Shown: positions 38,181-50,492 of the stretch, piece by piece
How positions within the stretch are numbered: the stretch's first letter is position 1
Layout of the letters: the number at the start of each line of letters is the position of its first letter
Source: Selaginella moellendorffii
Lineage: Eukaryota > Plantae > Lycopodiophyta
Length of the DNA stretch: 64,000 nucleotides
Direction of reading: 5' to 3'
NCBI RefSeq assembly: GCF_000143415.4
Contig: NW_003314289.1
Span: 1,482,293 to 1,546,292 of the forward strand
Translations under genes and position numbers: made by a program
The notes under the pieces: model-generated
What the model saw: the letters and a program-made list of their open reading frames with translations, nothing else
Database searches by the model: none
What the model was told of the DNA's origin: nothing

Positions 38181-38299
38181 CCCTGGCAAGGAGAGAGGAG
38201 AGATGGATCAGAGAATGGAATCGAGAATTCGCGTCTTACCGCTCGACCGCGCTCCGCTGCTGGACGCCACACTGCCCACCGCCAGAGAAAACCCTAACC

Positions 38300-39458
38300 C
38301 TACGAGGGGGATGAGGGGCGAATATCCACCGGCATCTTCCAAGAGTTTGTTTGAGCTTTGGCCTCTCGGAAATTCTCGAGCGCCTCGCGGACACGTCTCA
38401 AGCTGGGAAAAGAAAGTCACGATCAGCGCATTCTTCCACTCTCACTGGACGACGATCACTCGAGAAAACCGGAGGAGAGATTTCATACTTACTTCGATAC
38501 GCTTGACCACTTCTCGAGCAGGCGATCGGCTTCCAGGAACTTTAGCGGCGAATCGGCCAAGCCCAAGACGAGAGCTTTCCAGTCTTGTCGCTGGAAGAGC
38601 TCCTTCGCGAGATCTAGATCCGGTTGTTCCACTGCGGCGCGGACGAAGCCGGAGAGATCTTGTTTGAGCTGCTTTGGATCCAATCGCCAGGCTTGCAATC
38701 TGGGAGGAGCGATGGTGTCAATCCAACTTACTTGGAAAGTTGGAATGGACTGACCTGGAGGATGGAGCGAGCTTGGAGTAGAGCTTTTCCTCGCGGAGGA
38801 TGTCCAGTAGCTCGATGATTCTTCCAGTGGCAGCGTCGCTGGACGATCCGGGATTTTTTACGTAGAGCATGCACGACGATGGTGTCTTGAGCTTGCAGCG
38901 AGGAATGTCCGTGGCCACCTTGAGCACGGCCTCGATGAGAGGAAGAGCTTGGTCACCTGGGAGAGAAGGAAAGAAACTTATAAGAACACGAAGAACGCGA
39001 ACGATTCCATAGGAAGCTGGCATACCTTGTCCATTCTTGACGAATCCTTTGCAAGTCTCGGCGAGCTTCTCCAGGCACGACATGGAAATGCAGGATCCAT
39101 ATTCCACTCGCTCTTGCGATACAGCGAGATTATCGTCGAGATTCTTGCCCTGGCATCTGTCCATCTCTGGAATCCCCTGTCCCACGCAGCCGGGCCGAGA
39201 ATCGCCGTGGAATGCCGCCGATGAGAGAATGGACACCAGCGCCTCGATGGAGAATGCCGTCGTTCTTGGATAGAGCTGCAAGGAATGGATCTATTACCGC
39301 ATTGCAAGAATCACAGGCAAACTTACAGCGGCGGCAGTAAATCCCATCATTCCCAGCGCCCGATCGACCAGCGGCGATCGAGCCTGGCACGACAGCGCGC
39401 CGGGAAATGGATCGGCGGAAGGCGAGGCGCGCGACACAAGCTCTTCCAGTTGTTGCAT
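38300..39458 (-). CDS. Conserved plant protein of uncertain function, multi-exon; 3' end uncertain
   Basis: ATG 39458; in-phase introns 39326-39276, 39025-38957 and 38754-38700, plus a donor at 38492. Peptides VDRALGMMGF, YGSCISMSC and LQAWRLDPKQLKQDLS...DWKALVLGL. Confidence 0.55.
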
Positions 39459-39571
39459 CTCCTAGAACCCTAGCCGCATATTCTCCTAATTGAAATCGAA
39501 CATTCCGCTAGAATCCCAACTGACAGAATAGGATTGTCCTTAATTTAAACCCACGTGGAAAACCTCGGGCA

Positions 39572-41915
39572 ATGGCGACGATGGAGAGCCAGGCGGGGCT
39601 CGCGTTTGTTTCTCTGGCGATTCTCCTCTTCGCGATCGCTGGAGCGAATCAGGTACTCGATTTTTTATCGCCCGGGGCTCGCCGATCGTTAGGATGATCA
39701 CGGGGGTTGAATCTTCTCCTTTTCGATCTTAGGCTCTCGATCGATGCAGCCTTCTCCCGATCGATCACTTCTTCCTCTTCAGCAAGCGCGTGATCACTCC
39801 CGCGGGGATAATCTCCGCTTCTGGTAATATTGGAAGGATTTTGAGCTAGTGCGCTATAGTGGTTTTGCTTGTGTAGTGGAGATTGACAATGGCAAAGTGG
39901 TATCGATTCTCGAGCGGGAAGAGGCGCCATCCAAGGAGATAAACGGCGTGCCTGTGATGGATTATGGGAATGCGGTCGTCATGCCGGGTCTCATTGATGC
40001 GTAAGAACGATTTTTCCATCTTTTCTTCTGCGGAGCTCATGGTTTTTCCTTCTTTCAAAGACAGTCATGTTCATCTAAACGAGCCAGGAAGAGAAGAATG
40101 GGAAGGATTTGTTACAGGAACTATGGCTGCCGCAGCGGGTAAGAATCTGAAACTAGAAAGCAAGTGAAATCGTTTTATGTAGTGTTGTAGAAACTTTGTT
40201 TTCTTAGGTGGAGTGACTTCTCTCGTTGACATGCCTTTGAACAATTTTCCGACCACTACGTCAAGCGAGCTTCTCAAGTTAAAGGTACTTTTCCTTCTTC
40301 GTTTTCTTGTTCTCGAACTTTGGTCGATGAACTTTGTTTGAACAGCTTGCAAGCGCAGCAGAGAAACTTATGGTCGATGTTGGTGAGGATATCTTTCCTT
40401 CTTCTTTTTTCTCCAACTTTCGCTTGACCACTTTTAGGATTTTGGGGAGGCCTTGTTCCTGAGAATGCTGCAAATCTCACGATCTTGGAAGAACTTCTTG
40501 ATAGTGGAGCTTTGGGCCTCAAGGTATTAGCCGCTGCTCGTACATATGAAAATGTTTCTCAAGGCTCCGATGATTTTTACGCAGTCTTTTATGTGTCCAT
40601 CAGGAATAAACGACTTCCCAATGACCACGGGTCAGCACATACAGGTAAGGTAGAACTTTTTTCAAGAGGTATTGGCTTGCAAACTGGAAACTCAATGCAG
40701 GCGGCGTTGCCCGTGTTAGCAAAGTATGGTCGCCCCTTGCTCGTCCATGCAGAAAAAGAACAACCCGGGGTTAAATCCTCTCAAGTGGACAAAGACCCCA
40801 GGCTGTATTCAACACATCTCGAGTCAAGACCAAATTCGTGGTACATGTTTTAAGCAGCTTTTTAAGTCACCGAGTGTTTTATATGTGTTTGCTTTGTTGT
40901 TCAAGGGAACAGGAGGCTATACGAGACCTACTAGATGTTGCAAAAGATACAGCTCCTGGAGGAAAAGCTGAAGGTGCTCGTGTCCATATTGTCCATTTAT
41001 CTGATGCCGACGAATCCATGCAAATGATCAAGGTGACCAAAGCTTTCTGGATTTCATTTCATTGACATATGGTTACCGTCTTTCGGCAGAAAGCCAAAGC
41101 TCAAGGCTTGAATGTGTCGGTAGAAACATGCACTCACTACCTGGCATTCTCGTCGGACAACATAGGCGATGGTGATACTCGCTACAAGTGCGCCCCTCCC
41201 ATTCGGAGCGAGGTCAACCGAAAGAAACTTTGGAATGCTGTGAATGTGAGTTGTTTCTCGCTTTTAGTTTTTCCAAACTTCTAGCCTTGAACTCTCTTCT
41301 CTTTCCAGGATGACTTTTTCGATCTACTCAGCTCGGATCACTCTCCGTCTCCCAGTGACATGAAGTTACCGGAAGAAGGTGACTTCATGAGAGCTTGGGG
41401 TGGAATTTCTTCGCTTCAGGTTATATAGTTTTCTACTCAAATCTAGTTTCTGACTGACGGCTTAAACTCAGTTTGTGCTTCCAGCGACTTGGACTGCCGG
41501 AATACCTCACGGACTGACGCTGGAGAAGCTCTCAAATCTGTGGAGCCGAGGTCCAGCGAAACTTGCAAACATTTACTCCTCCAAGGTACTCTCGTCTCGT
41601 ATAGGATTTCTATTCAACCTTCGTGATTGCACAGGGATCTTTAGAACCAGGGAAGGATGCCGACATCGTAGTATGGGACCCGGAGAGCTCTTTCGTGATC
41701 GATGAAAACTACACCATTTTCCACAAGCACAAGGTAAGTGATTGCTTTCCACGAATTTATGTCATTTGGTTTTTCTCCAGCTCACACCATACGCGGGACA
41801 AACGTTATATGGACGAGTGATCACTACTATTGTTCGAGGCCAGCATGTATATCAGGAAGGCCACCATGCAACGCAACCGTGTGGAAAGGTGCTCCTTGCT
41901 AAATCAACGAGTTAG
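39572..41915 (+). CDS. ALN: Allantoinase (amidohydrolase), many short introns
   Basis: Signal peptide; [76 protein letters not shown]. Confidence 0.93.
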
Positions 41916-41973
41916 TTTGATCAAAGTGATTAATGAGTAAAAAATAGTTAGAAAATATTCGATAAAAAGGGGT

Positions 41974-42045
41974 CGCCGTTGCCGGGGATCGAACCCGGGT
42001 CGTCCGCGTGACAGGCGGAAATACTTACCACTATACTACAACGAC
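41974..42045 (-). tRNA. trnD-GUC: tRNA-Asp (GTC)
   Basis: 72 nt GTCGTTGTAGTATAGTGGTAAGTATTTCCGCCTGTCACGCGGACGACCCGGGTTCGATCCCCGGCAACGGCG, followed by a T5 Pol III terminator. Confidence 0.97.
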
Positions 42046-42090
42046 TTCGAGCTATCACACAGGAAAATTCTAGCTAGAAGTCTGGCTGTT

Positions 42091-42331
42091 CTAGTTTGGT
42101 TTTCTCTTTCGCTTGCTTCGCTTTTTTCTCCCAATTGCGGCTTCTTCTTCTTCTTCGGGGTATCTTTCCTCCAATAGATCCATGGATTTCTACAGCGCAA
42201 CACAAAATCGTTCAAGAAAAGATCATTCCACCGCCTACCTTGTTCATCTCCATGAAGCTCACTCCATAAAATGTTAGTGCGGCAGTAGCAACAATGCCAA
42301 GAACAGGCATTACAAGCACTGATAAATCCAT
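42091..42331 (-). CDS. 63-aa single-TM microprotein (exons 42331-42239 and 42189-42091)
   Basis: MDLSVLVMPVLGIVATAALTFYGVSFMEMNK|KSMDLLEERYPEEEEEAAIGRKKRSKRKRKPN*; 49-bp GT-AG phase-0 intron. Confidence 0.7.
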
Positions 42332-42694
42332 GCCTTATCTCTTGTTCCCTAGAACCACACAAAACTATTTGAGATGAACTGTGAGAATAAATGATAACTA
42401 TTTTAATCTTATTTTTAAAGTTAAAATAAATGGAATTGAAAAAATCTACAAAAGCATTAGAGATTTGTGTTACACTAGTGTTCCTCACTTTCTTTTTGCT
42501 GGAAACAGAGCAAAGTAAGACAATTAAGAAGAAAAAAAGTTATAAAATGAAGAGCCAAGAGCAAAACAAGGATTTTTTCTGGATTTCTATCGCAGCTCCC
42601 TGCACAGAAATAACTCGGAGCTCAAATTCCTAGAAGGAAAACTGTAGAAAAAAATAAAAATAAAAATGGAAGAGGGCGTGGGAGTGGAGAGTGG

Positions 42695-45134
42695 TCACTT
42701 TACATACAGATTATCAGCTACATAACCATCGAATGCCAAATCGTTGTCCACAAAGCTCATATCTTCCTGTTGTTGCTGGAAAGAGGAATCAAACGTGTCA
42801 GCAAACAGGGAGAAACGAAAGAGAAGAACTCAAACCTGCTTCAAGTAAAAGCTGAGAAGATCATCCGCGGCTGGAGCTTGCTGTTGTTGATCAATCTGGA
42901 AGCCTATCTTAGCACTTATCAACGAGTCTGATATGGTTTCCACCTTGGGCTTGAAGGAGCTCTCCGCGGTTGATTTCTCGCTGCTCTCTCGCAAGCTCCG
43001 CAGGGTGCCTGGATTCACAATGATCTCGTCCTCCAGTAACTTCTTGTGTTGCTGATGAACGTCTTGCCCGGCTACCGCGTTGTAATTGTTGGTGTGACTC
43101 CCGACCGAGTGATTGTAGCTCGGGGGGCTCATCACCGGGCTGCAAGCTTCCAGTCGTTGCTGTTCCTGCGTACCCGCCCACTCTTGAGGCCTCCGGTTCT
43201 GGTTATACACCGGCATTCCAAAGCCGGCTGAAGAAACCACTGCTCCTGGATTCAATCCCTTGACAGCCGCAACCTCTGCCGCGTCGAACGAAACCAAGGG
43301 GCCGGGGGTGACGGGTGGAAGTGGAGGAATACCGCCCAGGCTCGCTGGAGAGAAGTTGCTTTCCACTACACCCAGTAAGCCTCCGTTCTTGTTTTCCATG
43401 GCACCCGAGCTCCTCATCACCGCTGCGTTTAGCCCAGTGTAGCCAACCTCGTCGTTTAACCCGGTGTTGACTCCCAGGTTTATCTCGCTCAAGACTGTAC
43501 GTTGCTGTTGTCCCAAGCCCGGCCCTGGAATTCCTATCGGTGGCTGCTGCTGTTGCTGCTGCCTTTGGTGTTGAAGTAGCTGTACCACGAGAGGATTCGA
43601 AGAACCGTTTTGATTCGGACAAAACGTCCCAGTTAGTCCCAGGTTGGTCATACCCGCTAGCTTTGGCGAGGCATTTGCAGGAACCTGTTGTTGGATCGGG
43701 TTTAGCCCATACAGAGGTACCTGCGGAGCCTGCTGTTCTATCTGATATCCACCTGAGAAAGCCGGGAAGTACGAGTTCTGGGACCCGAAAACTGGCGGTG
43801 TCATGTTTGGTCTAAACACCGGTCCGCCGCCGGAGAGCTGAAGAAGACCAGACTGATCGAGGGCGGTTGACGCTGGCAAATTGTTTGTCGTGCCTATCCT
43901 ACCAAGTACCCCTTGCTGAACTGCCGGGACCGCTTGCAATGAAAATGAGCCGTGGCCCCGCCCTTCAGCAGGACCATCGACACCACCAAACGAGAAACCT
44001 GCTGAGTTTTGCGGTTGCTGAGCGCTGATCCTTTTCAGGTACAGCCGGTACTTCTGGGAAAAGAAACAGAAGAAAAGAGATTGTAGAATCTATAACCAGG
44101 AAGACACCATACCTGTAAATGACTTGCAACGTTTTCCCTGGTAAGGCCAGGAACATCCATAAGCTCCAAGATCTTTTTAGGCACGGCCTCTGCGAAACGA
44201 GAGACACAGCAACGTTAGAAGACAGTTCGAAATGAAAAAGCTTGAGCTTACTATCAATGTTGAGCTTGTTGACAGCGTTCACGAACTGCTGGTGAAGCTC
44301 CACTGACCAAACAACCCGTGGTTTCTTCAAAGACGAAGGGTCTTCGCTATCATGATCAACACCTTCGTCCTCCTCCTTCACATCTTTTCGTTTCTTCGAA
44401 CACGCCGACGACAAGTGCTCAACGTCATCCCCTCCTCCGCCCTTGAGTTTATCAGCCTCGGCCGGAGTCAAGGTCTCAGTCTCCCTCGCCTCATTCTTTC
44501 TCTTCCGCACTAGGTGTTGCCATATGTTACGCAACTCCTCCATTCTAACCGGCTTGAGCAAGTAGTCGCAAGCACCGTGAGTGATCCCTTTCATCACGTT
44601 GTTATAGTCTCCATCGGTGGACATCACTGCGATGGGCAAAGAAAGCTCAAGCTAGAAAACAAGAAAACCAAAACTTACTGATGACTGGAAGATCCATCTC
44701 TAGACCCACGAGCTCGAGCAGCTTGAAACCATCCATGTCTGGCATGTAGACATCGCTTATAACCAGATCAAAGTCGTTCTTATGCTCTCGCAGCAGTGCT
44801 AGCGCCGTGGTCGCCTTGCCACACGTCGTCACTGCAAAGAACAAAAGAAACAAGCCACCCAGAATTCACAAATTCATCCTTGGAACGGAAAAATGAAGGA
44901 AAAAAAGGTAGCCAGATGAAATTTGCACTTACCGTTGTAGCGACAGCGGCGAAGCATCGCCTCAAGAATCGTGAGCGTGGTTTGATCGTCGTCAACCACC
45001 AAAACCCTCATACCAACAGGAAACTGATCCTTGGAACCATCCGTGCTCACTGTGCTAAGATTCGGGCTACTGATGTAGCCACTTTGTCCTAGATCGCCCG
45101 AAGTCATCCTCATTCTCTTGCTGGCCTCCGGCAT
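42695..45134 (-). CDS. RR-B: Type-B response regulator (receiver domain + GARP Myb domain + Q/P-rich tail)
   Basis: [35 protein letters not shown]; [15 protein letters not shown] and [15 protein letters not shown]; last exon ends TGA at 42695. Confidence 0.93.
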
Positions 45135-46497
45135 CTAGCACAAAACGCGCAAAAGAAACTCTGCCAGAGCTCCCGATGCCATCCCCCCCACCGCCCGCGA
45201 GCTCCTAGAATCCATCCACTCCCTACCTAGAGAATGTCGGTCCCCGAGAAAATTCCCGATTGCGCCCCGAAATATCGGATGCTAGCGCCGCCCCAGCGAC
45301 GATCCTGCCCTGCGAATCACTCCCGGCGCAAAAAGGCGGCCCTCCAGGGATGCGATTGGAATGACGAAAAAGAAAGGATGGAAACCCTGCCCCGGCGATT
45401 GATCCAGCGCCTAGCTCTCTCTCTCCCTCTCTCTCGATCCTGGCCGCCCTGGCGGAGACGCGACGAGCAGCATCTACATCGCACAGGCACTCGCGCTTCT
45501 CCTCCTGTGCTCCTGCGCGCTGTGCCAAGGGGAAAAATCAGTAATGGCCAGAGATTGTGACCACTTTCGTACGGCCGTCGCCGCCGTCGGGTTTTTAGGG
45601 CACTCCTGGGGAATCGAACCCCCGATCGCCGCTTTAATTTAATCCCCGCCACTTATACTATATGGGAACAGCTCACATGTTCATGTGCAAACTTTCAAGT
45701 TTGGTGGGACTAATTTTTTGCGTCTTTCTCGATCTTGTTTACAACCTTTCGTGCGACGCAATACTATAAAGGTGGTAAACCTTGGGCCGTAACTTCTATT
45801 AATATTTTACCATATAATTTGGTTCTTTCTAGTTTCCGCCCACCGCACTAGAAGTCGCAAGTGGGCTACGAGTCGCCCAGCCATTGGATATTCCCCGCGA
45901 AAAAATTCCCGAAGGGGGGTAAAAAAGGAAGAGATTCCCAATTTGTGGCGATGGGAATGAAGGGGAGATTCCTCTAGATTTACAGTGATGTGTCAGCAGT
46001 TTAAGTGCGATCAAACTGTTTAAAGTATGTAGTTTTTTAGTGTTTTTATTTATGTGTGCTGTGAGAGAATCATGTCTAGTTGGAACCCATCTTTCATATT
46101 TTATGGGTGGGATGGGATTTTGGAGATTGGGTTGGGAATGGGATCGATTCCTCTTCCGATTGTGGTGTCTAGAATCGCTTTATATTTTCTCCCCAATCTC
46201 CAAGTAGATTGGAGACTTGAGATGGATTAGCCAGCCTAGCCCAACAAAGAAACAATGCCTAAAAAACTTCAATGGTTTTTAATGGATGTAGTGTTGTGTG
46301 TGATCAGCAAACCTCCACATGTCGTCCGCGTCCGTTGGTAGAGGGTTGATTTCAAAGGGATCCACGAGTGAATCAAATCGAATCGTTTGGCTTTTTGGCG
46401 CCTTGTTTTCTTTTAAACTGACGAGCCCTAATTCTTAAAAACAGAGCCCCTGTTTTTAGGGCTTATAGCAACGTTATCGTTTTAGTTGGGATATCAA

Positions 46498-46984
46498 GAT
46501 CTAAAACAATATGCGTTCACGTGAAATTTCAATCTGGTCATTGCTTAATCTTAAATACATATCATAATATTATTATTAAAAAATAATAATTGGTAATTTC
46601 AATCTAAAACAATATGCTTTCATGTGAAATTTCAATCTGATCATTTCTTAATCTTAAATACATATTATAATATTATTATTACAAATAGGAAAAAATAGGT
46701 AACTTCATTCATTTTAGTTTGAACCGTTATGTACAAAACTCTGGATCCGCAAGCAAATTTTAAATACATATCATAATATTATTATTACAAATAGGGAAAA
46801 ATAGGTAACTTCATTAATTTTAGTTTTAACCGTCATGTACAAAACTCTGGATCCGCAAGCAAATTCATACAAACATCTTAAATACATATCATAATATTAT
46901 TATTATAAATAGGGAAAAATAGGTAACCTCACTAATTTTAGTTTGAACCGTTATGTACAAAACTCTGGATCCGCAAGCAAATTC
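46498..46984. repeat. Tandem ~105-120-bp repeats covering the BAHD stop codon and 3' UTR
   Basis: TyATGTACAAAACTCTGGATCCGCAAGCAAATT at 46727, 46833 and 46951; TTAAATACATATCATAATATTATTAT recurs. Confidence 0.85.
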
Positions 46985-48237
46985 CTCATATGCTCGGCAT
47001 ATAAACCAACGAGGACAACCATCGTTTGATCGTCCAGCCACGGCAGAAATATCACAAGCCCCGTGAAAGCCGCCACCGGCAATCCAACAAAGACCGGCTT
47101 GCCACCACCAAAATCCACATCGTACAGTGGAAACCTCGACCAGCTCGTCAATGCCAAGTCGGTTCTAGCATCGCAAAAACTGGGGAAGACTCCCAGAGGA
47201 CTTGGCTGCTGCTCGAGCCAGTGAAGCGCCGATCGCATGTACTCGTCGGTGATGAGGTGCGTGGCTTCATGCACGAGACTCGCAGAGTAACGCACTGGAT
47301 TCTCCACGAGTTTCTGGCTCGACGAAGAAGTGCAAGCGTAGAAGATCACGTTTCCAAAGTATTTTTCTGGAAGAGGTGGGGTGAATCGAGTTCGTCCATC
47401 CACAGCCATCCCCAGCTTGGTTTCTTCGTGCGACTCGAGATTCCTAGCCTTGGTGACGGACTTCCAGACGTGAGCCGCGAGAGCTTCGAACTTGGTGGTT
47501 CCAGGTTCGCAGAAAGATCGCAATGCCTCGATCGCCCAGGTGGGGAACTTAAACATGCAAGCTTTGAGCTCTGGGAATGTGGCCGGAACGTTTGGACGCT
47601 GGGTCTGGTACTCGACGTGGTTGAAGAGTTTTGCCGGATCATCGACTTTGCGGAGAGTTTTGGCATCCATGAGCGAGTGATCAAAGCATGGTGCTAGAAA
47701 CTCCTCTCCTTCTCCTCGCGAGACGAGCGACCAGGCCGTCAAGAAGGAGCTGGCCGAGAATCCATCGCCCACATTGTGATGGACTCCAAGAACGAGACTG
47801 GATCCTCCACACTGGAAGCGAGTGACTTGGGCAGTGACCAATGGCGCCTCCGTGATGTCTCCAGAAGTCTTGTAGATCCCGGTCGGGCTGAGAAGCTCAA
47901 ACCTTGGATCGTGCTGCTCGAAGCCGCCGAAATCGTCGAGCCCTCCATCCACGAAAGCCTCGAAGAAGTCGCTCCCTTGGTCCGAGCACTCGAGCTGGAG
48001 GGCGTTGTTGGGAAGAACAGCGTAGCGGCCGGCTAGAGGGTAGAAGGTGGCCAACGTGGTGGAGAGTGACGCCTTGAGATTGTCGGTGGAAAGCTCTCTG
48101 GTGGTAGTGGGAAAGAAAAGAAGGAATTGCGTGTAGTACCTTGGGACGATTTGATCGATGTTGGAGAGGGGGTGGATTCCTCCTGGAGATGGGGCTGGGA
48201 GCTTGATCGCATATCTAGTCCTTGAAGTGATCTTCAT
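46951..48237 (-). CDS. BAHD acyltransferase (HCT-like), intronless
   Basis: FYPLAGR, QVTRFQCGG, HxxxD (HHNVGDG), YFGN and DFGGG (DFGWG variant). Confidence 0.93.
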   Translation of the reverse strand: MKITSRTRYAIKLPAPSPGGIHPLSNIDQIVPRYYTQFLLFFPTTTRELSTDNLKASLSTTLATFYPLAGRYAVLPNNALQLECSDQGSDFFEAFVDGGLDDFGGFEQHDPRFELLSPTGIYKTSGDITEAPLVTAQVTRFQCGGSSLVLGVHHNVGDGFSASSFLTAWSLVSRGEGEEFLAPCFDHSLMDAKTLRKVDDPAKLFNHVEYQTQRPNVPATFPELKACMFKFPTWAIEALRSFCEPGTTKFEALAAHVWKSVTKARNLESHEETKLGMAVDGRTRFTPPLPEKYFGNVIFYACTSSSSQKLVENPVRYSASLVHEATHLITDEYMRSALHWLEQQPSPLGVFPSFCDARTDLALTSWSRFPLYDVDFGGGKPVFVGLPVAAFTGLVIFLPWLDDQTMVVLVGLYAEHMRNLLADPEFCT

Positions 48238-48571
48238 TTGGAAACTTGGGTCTCTTGGTCACAATGCAGGAGAGATTTATAAGATTGCTTGACTTTTCTT
48301 GCAAGGGAAGTAAAGGACCGCAGTGAAATTGTGACCCTGGACACTGTGCCGCAGATGTCGACATTCTAGATTGTCATCTTCCAGCTAGATTGTCAACTTC
48401 CCGAAGTTCTGGAAGAAATCAGATTCCATTTGGATAAGCTTGATTGTTTTGGTATTTGAAAAATGTTAAAGGAGTTCTGCTCTTCTTTCCCATTCTCGCT
48501 TTTATGGGCTATGGTGTAACATCTCTCTCTCTTGCTCTTTGATCTCTCGTGTAGCATAGTGCGATTTAGCG

Positions 48572-48886
48572 ATGGGAATTTCGGCTTCCAAAATTTTGAT
48601 CGTCAACCAAACTGACAAAATTTTGTTTCTCCGTGACAATGATTATGGCATGGTGTTTTGCACACTCAGGGGCATTATACAGCCCATGAGCTCACAGTCT
48701 GTAAGTTTAAAGGTGAAAAGCGATCGCCCAAGGACCAGGACTGCCATACTTTTTAAGGCTTCTGGGATCAAAGGGGAAAGTCCTACTGGACTTCATATTA
48801 TAATGGAACCTCACGTGCAAGCAGCTAGATCTTATATCGTCCTGGAAGATGAAACTGAGCGGTTCATTCTCATAGAAGAGGGCTAG
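48572..48886 (+). CDS. 104-aa unknown protein with an N-myristoylation-like start
   Basis: ATG in good context after a CT-rich leader; MGISASK; sequence pattern suggests a globular, beta-rich protein. Confidence 0.5.
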   Translation: MGISASKILIVNQTDKILFLRDNDYGMVFCTLRGIIQPMSSQSVSLKVKSDRPRTRTAILFKASGIKGESPTGLHIIMEPHVQAARSYIVLEDETERFILIEEG

Positions 48887-49082
48887 CATAACACCATTTA
48901 AATTAAATTGCTCATCACACAAATCGTTCGCAAAAGTGAGAAGTTTCTTCTGCTGGTTCTCTGTAAAGGAAAAGCTATATCAGTATTGTAAATAATTTAT
49001 CGGAAGAGAGTAAGCACCTCAAATTTGTGATGCTTTCAATCCAACATATTGTGAAATTTGTAAGTACGATTGATGCTTTTAA

Positions 49083-49679
49083 TCATCTACACATGAGATC
49101 TCTGGAGATTAAGGACACCCAAACCCCAAACGCGGCAAGAGCACAATTCAAAACGAAGTACTGAAATTCTGCCCATTCTTCCCTGGTGGGACTTCTTGGT
49201 ATCCTGTTCATGTAGTTCTGCAAGAGGAACTCGAGACCAATTTTTGAAATGGATCTGTTTGGAGGGTTGCAATAGAATATGTTCTTTCTCGATCTCCTTG
49301 GGTTTCTCTTCATGTCCTCCACTAAAGCTTGGTAACAGTGGACAATGTACTCCCGTTTTTTCAACTTTCTCATCATCTTGATGCAGTAATTCTGCTTCAA
49401 GATCAGTGATGCCAAAGCTGCGGCTGAGGTGGTGAGCGACACGGACGATGGAATCCACCATTTTGTGCTGGAATTCGTCATGGAGGCGAGGTGAGCGACC
49501 ATGTTAAGAACCATACCGACAAACACGAAGTACATGCCCAACACTTGGTAGATCTGATTTATAGCACTGTCCAGCCTTTTCTGCACCAGCTTTTGCTGCT
49601 TCTCCCAGTGTCTAATCCCTTCCCTGTATTCCTTGAAGATATTTCTTCTGATTTTCATTGGCGCTGGTGCTTCTGCCAT
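49083..49679 (-). CDS. Coiled-coil + 3-TM plant membrane protein, paralog 1
   Basis: Clearly homologous to 49932-50492 (EY.EGI.HWEK, IYQVLGMYF, WWIP, NPPNR, EWA.FQY). Confidence 0.75.
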   Translation of the reverse strand: MAEAPAPMKIRRNIFKEYREGIRHWEKQQKLVQKRLDSAINQIYQVLGMYFVFVGMVLNMVAHLASMTNSSTKWWIPSSVSLTTSAAALASLILKQNYCIKMMRKLKKREYIVHCYQALVEDMKRNPRRSRKNIFYCNPPNRSISKIGLEFLLQNYMNRIPRSPTREEWAEFQYFVLNCALAAFGVWVSLISRDLMCR

Positions 49680-49931
49680 CTTGTGAAATTTTTCTGAATT
49701 CTGGAATGCATATCACACGTTGCACGAATCTTCTTCGAAAACCGTCTGTAATCCGACAAAATAGAAGTCCAAAAGCTACATTATTTAGTAATGTCAACGT
49801 AACTATTACAATATTTAAACTTGACATTTTCAACACTAAGAAAAGATCAAAGAATTTCATTCAACTTGCAAACTGTAAGGCGTTAAACTTGGCGTTGGCG
49901 TTGGGATTGGAAACATGGTGAGAATATATTT

Positions 49932-50492
49932 TTAACACATGAATCTTTTGGGGACTGCAGACACAAATATTCCAAAGCTAATGAGGACACCATCTGTAAT
50001 GTAGTACTGGAACGCTGCCCACTCTGAATGTGTTGGACGTTTCGGCATTTGCGTTGAGGGGAGGAGAAACTCTTGAAGTATAGTGAGCATGCACCTGTTT
50101 GGAGGATTGTCATAGCGAATGATTAACCTTGGCCTTCTTGGATCTGTATTCCTCCTCAGGTCCTCCAACTCGTTCTGATAGTAATTGATGATGTCCTGCC
50201 GCTTTTTCAGCTTCCTCATCAGCTTAATGCAATCGTTTTGCTTCACAACCAGAGACACCAATGTCACTGCAGAGGTGATTAGTGAGACAACCACTGGAAT
50301 CCACCAGTTTCGGCATGAATTCTTGGACGAGAGCTGTGCCAGAATGTTGAGGACCACACCCTCAAAAATAAAGTACATGCCCAGAACCTGGTAAATCTCA
50401 CCGCTTCTCTTGTCCAGCTTCTTTTGCACCAGCGTCAGCTGCTTCTCCCAATGGCAAATCCCATCCTTGTACTCTTCAATCCTGGAATCCAT
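49932..50492 (-). CDS. Coiled-coil + 3-TM plant membrane protein, paralog 2
   Basis: Tandem paralog of 49083-49679; both ORFs are open. Confidence 0.75.
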   Translation of the reverse strand: MDSRIEEYKDGICHWEKQLTLVQKKLDKRSGEIYQVLGMYFIFEGVVLNILAQLSSKNSCRNWWIPVVVSLITSAVTLVSLVVKQNDCIKLMRKLKKRQDIINYYQNELEDLRRNTDPRRPRLIIRYDNPPNRCMLTILQEFLLPSTQMPKRPTHSEWAAFQYYITDGVLISFGIFVSAVPKRFMC

